Below are positions 49,040 through 58,650 of a DNA stretch of 64,000 nt, piece after piece. Position numbers and translations under genes: made by a program. The stretch spans positions 3,136,001-3,200,000 of the forward strand of contig OZ244999.1 of NCBI GenBank assembly GCA_965223265.1, read 5' to 3'. The notes under the pieces were generated by a model. The model was given only the letters and a program-made list of their open reading frames with translations. It was not told the DNA's origin and did no database searches. Position 1 is the first letter of the stretch. The number at the start of each line of letters is the position of its first letter. This DNA is from Planctomycetota bacterium. Its GTDB lineage: Bacteria; Planctomycetota; UBA8108; SXIK01.

Positions 49040-52000
49040 CTATGGGCAAAAGCTATCCCCCGTGCAGTCGAGGTCATCCGTCGTTGGATCCGGGCCGCAG
49101 CTGAGCGAGGGTGGTGGCAACCCAGCGTGCCCTGCGAAGAGGTGGAGCAACATCCGCACCGCGTCGGTCACGTTGATGCGGCCGTCGTCATTGGCGTCTA
49201 TAGCTTTAGCGCACAAGGGGGGTGGGGCGGATCGGAAGAGGTAGGAAAGCGTGGTCATCACATCCTCGACCGAGATTTCACCATCGCCGTCGACGTCGCC
49301 GCGTTTGAACTTCGTCTCCGGCATCGAGGTGTCCAGCCCCCTGGAGTAGCTCGACACTACAGCGCCGCCGATGCGAAGAAAGTTTTCGTCAAGATACGTT
49401 ACTTGGGGCTCAATTGCCTCGCGCGGTTCTGGAGCGATGATTTCGACGATCGCGATTCCCTGCGCCGCGGGCAGATCGACGTGGGCAGGTAGATGGATCC
49501 AATAACTGATTCGTTGGTTGTGCCGGAACGCCGAATAGACCAGATCCTGGTAGAGCGTCACGTTTCGTTCAGCGTTCGGCCATCGCAGTGTCGCACTCTC
49601 TAGCGCGGCGATGCCTACATCTTTGTGCGGTTCTGGCTGGAATCGCTCGAGGAGAGAAAACGCACCGTGATCTTCGGTCTCCACCTCGATGCGCCAGAGC
49701 GGCAGTCCTGCAAGGCTGCACGAGGTGTACTGGATCTGTTCAAATGACTCCCCTTCGGTAAGGCTTGCATTCAGTCGCACCTGCCCTGACCTGATGGCTT
49801 CGTTGAGGCTCAAGGCCTCGAGCGCGCTCGAGCCGCCAAGGTCGAACTGAAGACCACTGAGCTCCAGGTCGAGAACGGCCCCGGAGTTCAATGTGAAGCT
49901 TTGATGAAAATCGAAGCGTACCGTTGCCTGACGGTCGCCGGATCCCGCTACGATGACGACATCCGCGAGACCCGGAGACGTGGGCGTCGCGACCTCTTGC
50001 CGCGGTCCGAACTGAACCGCCTCAATGAGGTCGATTTCGAATGCGTTCTCGTCGCTGGGCAGCAGAAACTCGCCGACACGAAAGCGCACGATGCTCTTGA
50101 GTTCGAAATCGCGCCGAGATCCGCGGCCCGTTCCAAAGAGGGCACACATCTCCGCGTCGGGCGCAGCTGTGAGGGTGAACGTGGGTCTTGGGATGGGCGG
50201 TGTTGGCAGAAGGAACGGGCGTACTTGTTTGACTGCCAGCTCCCCCGTTTGCGTCACCTTGAACTCGACTTCAAGAAGAACGTCGCGGCGATCGAACGCT
50301 CCCAGCGCCAACGGGAGGTTTTCGTCAATGTGCGCAAGCAGTGCGCCGAGTTCTCTCAGTTCGTCGTCTGAGAGCACGTGTGCGCCGGGTTCGGCGAGTG
50401 AGGACGAACGCGCTCGGACGATCTCCTCGACAGCGCCGTTTTCGATGCGAAGTAGCGACCGTTCGGTCGTGGTGCCGGGCTCTGGCGTGACGACGCTCTC
50501 CTCGCCGATCTGCGCCACGACCACGAAACGGCGTTCGTTCGTTTGCGTGGGATTGCCGGTCAGGGCGACGCCGTTCGCTCGTTCGTCCGTGAACGCTTTC
50601 GTCGCAAGGATCGCCATTGCGGCTCGGTTCTGCGGCACCGAGAAAAACTCTCGCTCCTCGAAAGCTCGGTAGTTCCATAGACTTGCCCACACTCTCTTCA
50701 AGGCACGGGCGATCCCACGCTCGTTGTCACGTTTGGAATCGCAGAGCGAAGGGCCGCGCGCATCGGAATCGAGGTCGTCCGCAGCGCATGCTGAAGTTGA
50801 GTCGTAAAGCCCCGCGCCGTTGAACTCGAGGGCGTCCTCGACGTTGGACGACGATCGAATACGGATTCGATCGCTCGTGGTTCCAAAGACCTCACCGATG
50901 CGTGTAGCAAGACGGCCGACCAAGTCAGGATCGACGATGCCTTGCTCGTTGGCATGATCCCGAAAGGCCTCGAGTGCACGGAAGCGAAATCCAGGGTCAC
51001 TTTGAAACAGAGCGCTGTTGAAGAGCTCGTCGAGGTAGGACTCATAGGTGACCGTGCGGTTCGGATCGAGGGCGGAAGGCATCAAGTTCGTCCGCATGAA
51101 CTCGACGTAGTATCGAAGCGGAACAGAGAATCCCGGCGCACGATAGCGGCTGTATTGACCGCTGAGGATCGATTGCAGCCTCGAAAAGTGGGAAGCCTTA
51201 CCGCCGAAGCGGCTTTCGGAAGCGTTCGGCCCCTCGAGGATGTCGTCGGCCGCGATCGCCAGGAGATCAGGCAGGTCCCCGAACGTAAAGTCGACGTTCG
51301 GCTCCAAGGACAGCCGCGGACGACTCGCCTGCCAAAATGCATCTGCCTCCTGAAAAGTGGCGATTTCGACGGTGAATCCGGAGAGCGTGACGTCGAGGCG
51401 TACAAGCTCGCCTTCGAATTCGATGAATCGCGCCGACGCAGCTTCGACAAACGCGTTGGGAGTCCCACGGCGTGCGGTCCGTACCGCCAAGTGACTCAAT
51501 TCGGTCTGGGGCTCCTGCGTGATCACGCCGCCGACGACGCCTTCGATGTCGCGCGGCGCCTCTTCCAACACGAGGATGTCCTGAAAGCTGAAGCGGCCGT
51601 TCTCGTTCAGAGCAGCGAAGCTTTCCGCATCGAGACGTCGAACGCGCCCGAACGTGGCCCCGGTCGTGTAGGCTTCGAATCGTCCAGTTTCGATCTGGTG
51701 TTCGAAGTCGATCGGAAATGGCGCTGACGTCCACTGACGTGCGACTGCGATGGCCGCAGCGTTCGTCGGCGCGTAAACGAGCGGCTCGAGTTCGAAGGCA
51801 TCGCTAAGCCGCGTGAAGATTGCCGTCATCTCCTCAAGCGTCAGCGCCTCGATCGACGAAAAATCGGCGAAGACGTTGAAGCCGAAGGTCGTCTCGCCGT
51901 CGCGAGTGAACCGTGTAATGCTGCCGACGAAGTAGTCGCGTGTCGCCCGACGACCGACGAGACGATCGTACTCCTCGACGCCGAGTGCCGGGAAACGCTC

Positions 52001-54517
52001 GGGAAACACCTGCGCGAGAAAGTCTTGGTGAAGAGGGAAGCGCTCAGTGTCCTGGAAGACGGTCGAAAGAAGCTCAGAATCGTCTCGTGCCGGTACCGTA
52101 AACTTGAGGAATCGGCCGCTGCGTTCATCGCTGTCGACAGGCGCTGAGAGCGAGCGAAAATCGACGAGCGTGCAGAGCGTGTGACGATACGGCATGACGT
52201 CGACGACGATCGATTCGTTGCGAAGGATCGTGAAACTCTTGCCAAGTCGATCCGGAGACACCAAGTCGATGTCGCCGTCGTCGTCGACGTCTCCTGGCAA
52301 GACGAAACGGAGGCCGGCACCGGCTGGAAAGTGTAGAGGCGTACTGAATCGTCCGTCACCAAAGCCGCGGAGCATCGACACCGTGCTTTGAATCTCGTTG
52401 GCGCTGACGAGGTCTAGGGCGCCGTCGCCGTCGAGATCGACGACCGTTACCGAGTAGGGCGCCTGCCCGAGACCAAGTTCGTTCTCGAGATTGAACGTTC
52501 CGTCGCCTCCGCCGCGCAAGAGAGACAAGCTCGACGCGGCAGTGCTGGCGGCAACGAGATCAAGGTGCCCGTCTTGGTTGAGGTCGGCAGCGACAACTGC
52601 GTCAGCACGTCCACGGAGCGGGTGTGTGCCACCCGGTGCGAAGAAGCCGCCTCGCTGATTAAGGAGAATGGTGACGTTCTGCGCTTCGGAAACCGCAACG
52701 GCGAGGTCGACCGCTTCGTCGCCATTGTAGTCGCCGACCGCAAGAAAGCGAGGTGAGGGGCCGACACGGTAGTCCATGCGTTCGACTTGCTCGACGAGTG
52801 TGGGCGAGGCGAGAAGGACGCTCACGTCGCCCGAGTTCAAGTTCGCGCTGGCGGCATCGAGATTGCCGTCACCGTTGAAATCGCCAAGCTTTACATCGAT
52901 CGGAGCTGCACCGACTCGGTGGATGACCGAAGGGCTGAACGTGCCGTTGCCGCGACCAAGGTTGGCGACGATCGACTCGTTGCGGTGGTCCACCGTGACG
53001 CAATCTGGGATGCCGTCCGCGTCGATGTCCGCGGCAGCGAGAGCGATTGGCTGCTCGGAATCGAAGGGCTGAGCCTCGAGCACGCGAAACCCTGTGGGTG
53101 TGTTGAGGGCAACGGAAAACGACCCCGGGACTGTGTTGGCGCCAACGATGTCAAGCCGACCATCGCCGTCGAGGTCGACCACCGCGCCGGAGTGTGGGGC
53201 GCAGCCGCGGCCGATGAAGCAGCCGGGAAGTTCGATGCGGTCGCTAGAGAATGCGAACGCGCCAGGACGATCGCTTGACCAGAGCATTCCCATGCTCGCG
53301 GGACTCGGGCTGACGAACGCGAAGTCGACGTCTCCGTCGGCGTCGAAGTCGGACGCCGCTAGGCCGTTGGCGAGGCGGTTCGTCCCGAAACGGCGTGGTG
53401 GCGCGAATCCTCCGTCCCCGTCGCCGAGCCACAGGAGCACCGACGGGGGGCGTGCTGCAGACACCGCAAGGTCGACTGAGCCGTCGGCGTCGAAGTCCGC
53501 GCTGATCAGTGATGCTCCGGCGGTCGGATAGGTGGCGTCGACGGTGAGCGTGCCGTTGCGACCGAGCAGCAGGACGATCGCCTCATTCGTCAGCAGGGCC
53601 GCATCCAAGTTGCCATCCTGGTCGTAATCTCCCGTGACCACTTCCGTCGGGCGACCGGGAACCGACGACTCGACGGGTTCTGCAAACGTCCCGTCGCTGC
53701 GTCGCGGCAACAGCGAGTAGCCTCCGACGCGTGCTACGAGCACATCGTTTCTGCCGTCGCCGTTGAAGTCTGCGGTAGTCGCAGCGACTGGGCTGGCGCC
53801 CACGGCGACGCGACCCTCGAGCCGGAAGTCTCCGTCTCCGGTGTTCAAGGCGACGAGCAGCTCAGAGGCTCCCTCGAGTGGCACGAGAAGATCAGGAGCT
53901 CCGTCGTCGTCAACGTCGTCGAGCGCCGGTGTGCCAGGCGCGTCCTGCAGTGCCAAGGTGGCGCCGCGTTCAAACTTGTTGCGCTCGCCGGCGTTGAGAT
54001 AGACGCGAAGCGTATCGGGATAGATCGCGATGAAATCCGTCAGGCCGTCACCGTTGAGGTCGCCGGCGTCGACATGTTCGAGGCCGAAGTTCGCATCGAT
54101 CACCGAAGGAGTGGTGAACGAGCCCAGTCCGTCGTTGTAGCTGACGAACACCTTTGAGCCGGTGGCTGACGTGCCCTGGCTCGCGGCAAGTAGGTCTACA
54201 GCTTCGTCGCCGTCGAAGTCGGCGCTAACGATCTGGCGCGGTACTTGGCTCAGAGGCAGAATCGCTAGCCCGGTTTGGAGATGGAGCAGGGAGGATTCGC
54301 ATTCGTCGGGTATGCCGCTGGCGTTGCAGTCGTCGCTGAGCCGGAGTTCAATATCCTCTGCGTCATCCCGGCCGTTTCCGTTACAGTCCTGCCCCATCGC
54401 GGGAGCTGCGACGACGAGGTGGAGCGTGGCCGCAGCGATCAGGGTCGTTAGACGGTGGCGTCGCGGGCCCACGCGGAGTGACCGTTCGGCGATCTGGCGC
54501 AGTGTCGGGAGCGACAT
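49040..54517 (-). CDS. Secreted FG-GAP repeat protein fused to phosphohistidine and PEP/pyruvate-binding (PPDK_N, ATP-grasp) domains and a dockerin-like module
   Basis: Signal peptide, DCNGNG motif and more than ten DxDxDG FG-GAP repeats. VITQEPQTELSHLAVR, FGGKA, RSSSNVED..FNGAGLYDS, KRVWASLWN, EVEFK...KQVRPF. C-terminal FKRGDVDGDG. Confidence 0.88.
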   Translation of the reverse strand: MSLPTLRQIAERSLRVGPRRHRLTTLIAAATLHLVVAAPAMGQDCNGNGRDDAEDIELRLSDDCNASGIPDECESSLLHLQTGLAILPLSQVPRQIVSADFDGDEAVDLLAASQGTSATGSKVFVSYNDGLGSFTTPSVIDANFGLEHVDAGDLNGDGLTDFIAIYPDTLRVYLNAGERNKFERGATLALQDAPGTPALDDVDDDGAPDLLVPLEGASELLVALNTGDGDFRLEGRVAVGASPVAATTADFNGDGRNDVLVARVGGYSLLPRRSDGTFAEPVESSVPGRPTEVVTGDYDQDGNLDAALLTNEAIVLLLGRNGTLTVDATYPTAGASLISADFDADGSVDLAVSAARPPSVLLWLGDGDGGFAPPRRFGTNRLANGLAASDFDADGDVDFAFVSPSPASMGMLWSSDRPGAFAFSSDRIELPGCFIGRGCAPHSGAVVDLDGDGRLDIVGANTVPGSFSVALNTPTGFRVLEAQPFDSEQPIALAAADIDADGIPDCVTVDHRNESIVANLGRGNGTFSPSVIHRVGAAPIDVKLGDFNGDGNLDAASANLNSGDVSVLLASPTLVEQVERMDYRVGPSPRFLAVGDYNGDEAVDLAVAVSEAQNVTILLNQRGGFFAPGGTHPLRGRADAVVAADLNQDGHLDLVAASTAASSLSLLRGGGDGTFNLENELGLGQAPYSVTVVDLDGDGALDLVSANEIQSTVSMLRGFGDGRFSTPLHFPAGAGLRFVLPGDVDDDGDIDLVSPDRLGKSFTILRNESIVVDVMPYRHTLCTLVDFRSLSAPVDSDERSGRFLKFTVPARDDSELLSTVFQDTERFPLHQDFLAQVFPERFPALGVEEYDRLVGRRATRDYFVGSITRFTRDGETTFGFNVFADFSSIEALTLEEMTAIFTRLSDAFELEPLVYAPTNAAAIAVARQWTSAPFPIDFEHQIETGRFEAYTTGATFGRVRRLDAESFAALNENGRFSFQDILVLEEAPRDIEGVVGGVITQEPQTELSHLAVRTARRGTPNAFVEAASARFIEFEGELVRLDVTLSGFTVEIATFQEADAFWQASRPRLSLEPNVDFTFGDLPDLLAIAADDILEGPNASESRFGGKASHFSRLQSILSGQYSRYRAPGFSVPLRYYVEFMRTNLMPSALDPNRTVTYESYLDELFNSALFQSDPGFRFRALEAFRDHANEQGIVDPDLVGRLATRIGEVFGTTSDRIRIRSSSNVEDALEFNGAGLYDSTSACAADDLDSDARGPSLCDSKRDNERGIARALKRVWASLWNYRAFEEREFFSVPQNRAAMAILATKAFTDERANGVALTGNPTQTNERRFVVVAQIGEESVVTPEPGTTTERSLLRIENGAVEEIVRARSSSLAEPGAHVLSDDELRELGALLAHIDENLPLALGAFDRRDVLLEVEFKVTQTGELAVKQVRPFLLPTPPIPRPTFTLTAAPDAEMCALFGTGRGSRRDFELKSIVRFRVGEFLLPSDENAFEIDLIEAVQFGPRQEVATPTSPGLADVVIVAGSGDRQATVRFDFHQSFTLNSGAVLDLELSGLQFDLGGSSALEALSLNEAIRSGQVRLNASLTEGESFEQIQYTSCSLAGLPLWRIEVETEDHGAFSLLERFQPEPHKDVGIAALESATLRWPNAERNVTLYQDLVYSAFRHNQRISYWIHLPAHVDLPAAQGIAIVEIIAPEPREAIEPQVTYLDENFLRIGGAVVSSYSRGLDTSMPETKFKRGDVDGDGEISVEDVMTTLSYLFRSAPPPLCAKAIDANDDGRINVTDAVRMLLHLFAGHAGLPPPSLSCGPDPTTDDLDCTGDSFCP

Positions 54518-55013
54518 GAATGTCCTGTCCGCTAAAGAAGCCCGTCAGCGCGTCTTGACACCAGCTGGAGCTCGCCAGCGGAGTCGCTCGCTCCGGGAAC
54601 CGGCGACCGCGCGTTTGCCGCCGGCTGAAGCAGCTTGGACAGCTCTGGCGACTCGTTTCGACACACAACAGGCAATCTTAGTGGACCTTGCGAAGGTGGT
54701 CAAATGACGCTTGTCTCCCTCTCGAGTACCGGACCGATCGCTCACCCCGACCCGCCGTCAATCCGGTCGGCTGGCGTGCGCCTGACTCCGCCGGAACACG
54801 GCTGCCGCCTTTGACGCGATCCTGCAGGCAGAACGTCGTGTTTGTCTGCTCAGCCGTTGCATCGGCGTGCGGCTTCTGTAAGGTTGTTACCGTTTGTTTT
54901 GTGTCCCCGATCGACCCCGGGCGCTGGGGCGCCCGTGAAGTGTCTGACGTTCCTGTTGCGACGCGGCCGGGGTCACGTTTTTCGTACTACGTGTCTCGCT
55001 ATCAGGAGGAAAC

Positions 55014-55454
55014 ATGGGAGCTGAAGCCAAAGCGCTTGAGCTGGGTCTGACCTTCCCCAAGCAGGAGCCTGGCTATCTGAATCTCTGCGCGCGCTCGGGA
55101 AATCTGTTGTTCACATCAGGGCACACGAGCGACATGAAAGGCAAACTCGGCGCCGACTTGAGCGTCGACCAAGGGTATGAAGCTGCGAAAGATTGCGCCA
55201 TCAAGATCCTCCGTTCCGTTCACAACGCTCATGGTACGCTCGATGGCTTGCGCGTCATCAAGTTGCTCGGCTGCGTAAACTCGACGCTTGAGTTCACTGA
55301 GCAGCATTTGGTGATCAATGGCGCCTCGGATTTGCTCCATGAGATCTTCGGCAAAGAAGGCGATGGTTATCACGCGCGCAGCGCACTGGGATTTGCGTCG
55401 CTTCCGACCGGGCCGGCCGTCGAAGTTGAGGCGATCTTCGAGATCAAATCGTAG
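55014..55454 (+). CDS. RidA/YjgF/YER057c/UK114 family protein
   Basis: LLFTSGH...GKLG...VIKLLGCVNS...VINGASDLL...HARSALG..SLP..AVEVEAIFE. SD AGGAGGA. Confidence 0.93.
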   Translation: MGAEAKALELGLTFPKQEPGYLNLCARSGNLLFTSGHTSDMKGKLGADLSVDQGYEAAKDCAIKILRSVHNAHGTLDGLRVIKLLGCVNSTLEFTEQHLVINGASDLLHEIFGKEGDGYHARSALGFASLPTGPAVEVEAIFEIKS

Positions 55455-55578
55455 AGCTGCGAGCACGGTTAACGCTGCAATCCGCGGCGCTGTTGGCGGT
55501 TTGCAGACGCCGCCCATGGCGCCGTGGAATGAGCGAGCTGAAGAGGCGGACTCGTGGCGGTACGGCGAGCGAGCGCAT

Positions 55579-58500
55579 TCAGGCTGTCGATGACTTCGCG
55601 CCGCCAACGCGTAGACATCGCACTGCGAAGCGCCGGAGCGCGGAGCCGCAGTCCTCCACGACAACCACGGTGGCTGGTAGAAGGAGTGATGTGAGAAGTG
55701 TCGAAAGGGCTATTCCTCCGATGACGACGTAGGCCATGGAATAGTAGTACGTACCGCCGAACGACGGGCGTTGAATCAGCATTGGGACCAGACCTATGAG
55801 CGTGGTCATCGCCGTCATCAGGATCGGGCGAAGCCGCTCGCGTCCACCCTTGAGAAGCGCCTCGTGGCGATCCATACCTTGGCGTCGATAAGTGTTGATG
55901 TGTTCAATCATGACGATGCCGTTGTTGACGACGATGCCGACCAGGAGGAGAACGCCCATAGCGGCGGGGATGTCGAAGTCGGTTCCTGTTAAGTAGAGTG
56001 TCCAGATTGCGCCAGAGAGAGCGAATGGCAGGGCGATCATCAGGGCTATCGCCTGTCGCACCGACTCGAACAGACTCGCCATGACACCAAAGACAAGCAT
56101 GAGCGCGAGGAGAAGGTTGACAACGTACTCGTTAGAGGTCTCTCGCTGTCGCTGTTGCCACGAGCCGAACGTCCACCCGTATCCGTACGGGAACGTCATC
56201 GCCGCTAGGGCGGCTTCGACCGCAGGGACGTAGTCGTCTCTCGTACCCATCTCATATTCGGCCCCGACCCAGACACTGGTGTTTCGATCGCTTCGTTCGA
56301 TTCGATGCGGACCGCGAACTTCGTTGAATTTGGCTACCGAGGCGAGTGGAAGCTTCTCACCCTGTTCGCTCCAAAACGGCAAGTTTTGCAACTGGACCAC
56401 GCTCTCGGCGTCCTTTTCATCAAGAGTCAAGCGCATTTCGCGCTCGCCCGCGGGGGTCCTGAATCGCTGCAAGCGACGACCTCGAAACGTTAGGCCGACG
56501 ACTTCGGCGACGCTTGCCGGGGGCACGTCGTAGCGGGACACCAAGTCTCGATCAAGAGTGACGTGGATCTCTTGGCGACCTTGTTCGTTGCTCGCGAATG
56601 TGTTTTCCAGGCCCGGAATTCTCGCGATGCGAGTGCGAGCCTCCTCTGCGAGATCGGCGAGGACTTCAGAATCCTCGCCGAAGACGCGAAAGGCGACCCG
56701 CTTGCCTCGATCATGACGCCACGCGCGGCGATTCTCGGTCACCTCGAGGCGAACGCCGGCGATTTCGGGGAGGATCTCCCTGAGTCGTTGCCTCACTCTC
56801 GTGACGTTTTCTTGTGTCGCTTCTCCATCCCTCAAATAGACTCGAGTCATCGACCAGCGATCACTCCACCAGCTGTAGATGGACTTTGCATTCAGCTCAT
56901 CTCGGTAGTCGTCAAGGAAGGTCTCAACGTGTGTGATGAGTTGTTCTCTTTCGTCGAGAGTCTTCTCCTCACTGAATTTGTAGTGAATTTGAGCAAAGAT
57001 GTCTTGTCGATCGAGTGTGAACTTGCGTTCGATCGAGAAGAAGGGATAGAGCGCTGAGGCTGTGACTGCAATGCCGATCACCGGCGCCATCCACGCGTGA
57101 CGTAAGTGAAGCGCGAGCACGCGTTCGTACTGCAGCTCGAGGCGTCGCATCCATGGCTCTTTTGGCCGAGGCTTGGTTCGAATGAACCATGACGTGGCGA
57201 GTGGAATCAGTGTTTGGCTGACGAAGAGAGACGCCAGCAGGGTAAGGCAGACGGTGATGCCGATCTCTTTGAGTGGGATGTTGAGCTCGCTCGGTTTGTT
57301 AAAGACGATCGGCAGGAACACAATGACGGAAGTTAGCGTCGCGGTCACGACGGCTACGGAGACTTCGCGCGCACCGATGAGTGACGCGCTGCGGCGGTTT
57401 TTTCCCTCTTCCTGGTGCCTGAAGATGTTCTCGATCACGACGACAGCATTGTCGACAAGCATGCCAATTCCGACGATCAACCCGAGCAAAGTGAGCGTAT
57501 TGAGCGTGCGACCGTTCAGCCACAGGATGCCGCACGCGACAATCAGGGAGAACGGGATGCAAGCGGCTGCGACGAGCGTCGTCGAGAAACGCCGCAGAAA
57601 CACATAAAGCACGAGTGAGGCGAGGAGTGCGCCGAACACTCCGGCGTAGAAGAGTTGACCCAAGGTTTTCTTGATTTCTTTACCTTGGTTAAACCAAACC
57701 AGAAACTGAAGCCCTTCCAGCTCGGGATCCGACCGGAGAGCCGCGATGCGTTTTTCGAGCGCGTCGCAGACGGCGACGACGTTGGCTTTCGACTCCGTGC
57801 TCACGGTCAGTCCGACTGCGAACTTGCCGTCGAGATGGCGGCCGTACTCGAGTGGGGGCTCGCGGTATTCGACGTCGGCGACGTTCCGCAGCCGTAGACC
57901 GTCGCCGCGCAGAGTGAGGTTGCGGATTTGCTCAATGTCGACGAAGCTGCCGATCGTACGCAGTGTGTAGCGGCGATCACCTTCGACGATCTTGCCCAGC
58001 GACTGATTGAAATTGCTTCGCCGCAGGATGCGCGATACTTCGCGTACGTCCATGCGATGAAGCTCGAGGTCTGCGAGCCGGAGATTGATCCGCACTTCGC
58101 GAGGATTGACGCCGTCGAGTCGGACTTGTGCGACACCCGGGATGCGCTGCAGTGGGCGCACGACTCGCTGCTCGAGGAGATCGTAGTTCTCGCTCAAATT
58201 TCGTTTCGAGCTCAATCGGCCTTCGAGCACCGGGTCATCGGCTTCCTGCGAGTTCCAATGTGTTGCCACGGTGATATCGCCGACGTCTTCTGGCAGCTCG
58301 CCGCGGATTCGGTCGAGTTTTTCCCACACTTCAACCCGCGCCAGGTGCATGTCTGTCGCCCAATCGAACTCGAGTCGAACGAATCCGGAATCGTCGCTAC
58401 AGCGTGACCACATCTGTTTGAGCCCCTTCACCGCTCCCAGTGCCTCCTCGACGGGGCGGACAATCATGCGTTCGATCTGCTCCGGTGAGGCGCTCGGGTA

Positions 58501-58650
58501 CGGCAGGCGTACGAAGAGTTCGGGCTCCTCCATATCAGGCAGAAAGGCGAGTGGTAGGCGTGTCATCGCGACGCCGCCGAGCACGACTAGGCTGACGATC
58601 AGCATGAGCGTCGTGACGTGGCGCTTGATGGCAAGTTCGGGCAGGGTCAC
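55579..58650 (-). CDS. RND efflux transporter permease subunit 2 (AcrB/AcrD/AcrF family)
   Basis: GMLVDNAVVVIENI, GIVVNNGIVMI, RLRPILMT. GTG start at 58650 overlaps the upstream TGA (GTGA coupling). Confidence 0.93.
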   Translation of the reverse strand: MTLPELAIKRHVTTLMLIVSLVVLGGVAMTRLPLAFLPDMEEPELFVRLPYPSASPEQIERMIVRPVEEALGAVKGLKQMWSRCSDDSGFVRLEFDWATDMHLARVEVWEKLDRIRGELPEDVGDITVATHWNSQEADDPVLEGRLSSKRNLSENYDLLEQRVVRPLQRIPGVAQVRLDGVNPREVRINLRLADLELHRMDVREVSRILRRSNFNQSLGKIVEGDRRYTLRTIGSFVDIEQIRNLTLRGDGLRLRNVADVEYREPPLEYGRHLDGKFAVGLTVSTESKANVVAVCDALEKRIAALRSDPELEGLQFLVWFNQGKEIKKTLGQLFYAGVFGALLASLVLYVFLRRFSTTLVAAACIPFSLIVACGILWLNGRTLNTLTLLGLIVGIGMLVDNAVVVIENIFRHQEEGKNRRSASLIGAREVSVAVVTATLTSVIVFLPIVFNKPSELNIPLKEIGITVCLTLLASLFVSQTLIPLATSWFIRTKPRPKEPWMRRLELQYERVLALHLRHAWMAPVIGIAVTASALYPFFSIERKFTLDRQDIFAQIHYKFSEEKTLDEREQLITHVETFLDDYRDELNAKSIYSWWSDRWSMTRVYLRDGEATQENVTRVRQRLREILPEIAGVRLEVTENRRAWRHDRGKRVAFRVFGEDSEVLADLAEEARTRIARIPGLENTFASNEQGRQEIHVTLDRDLVSRYDVPPASVAEVVGLTFRGRRLQRFRTPAGEREMRLTLDEKDAESVVQLQNLPFWSEQGEKLPLASVAKFNEVRGPHRIERSDRNTSVWVGAEYEMGTRDDYVPAVEAALAAMTFPYGYGWTFGSWQQRQRETSNEYVVNLLLALMLVFGVMASLFESVRQAIALMIALPFALSGAIWTLYLTGTDFDIPAAMGVLLLVGIVVNNGIVMIEHINTYRRQGMDRHEALLKGGRERLRPILMTAMTTLIGLVPMLIQRPSFGGTYYYSMAYVVIGGIALSTLLTSLLLPATVVVVEDCGSALRRFAVRCLRVGGAKSSTA

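Noticed and set aside
49040-54517. Housekeeping PEP synthase or pyruvate phosphate dikinase (ppsA/ppdK)
   Set aside because: It has a signal peptide and reversed domain order, and lacks the pyruvate-binding TIM barrel.
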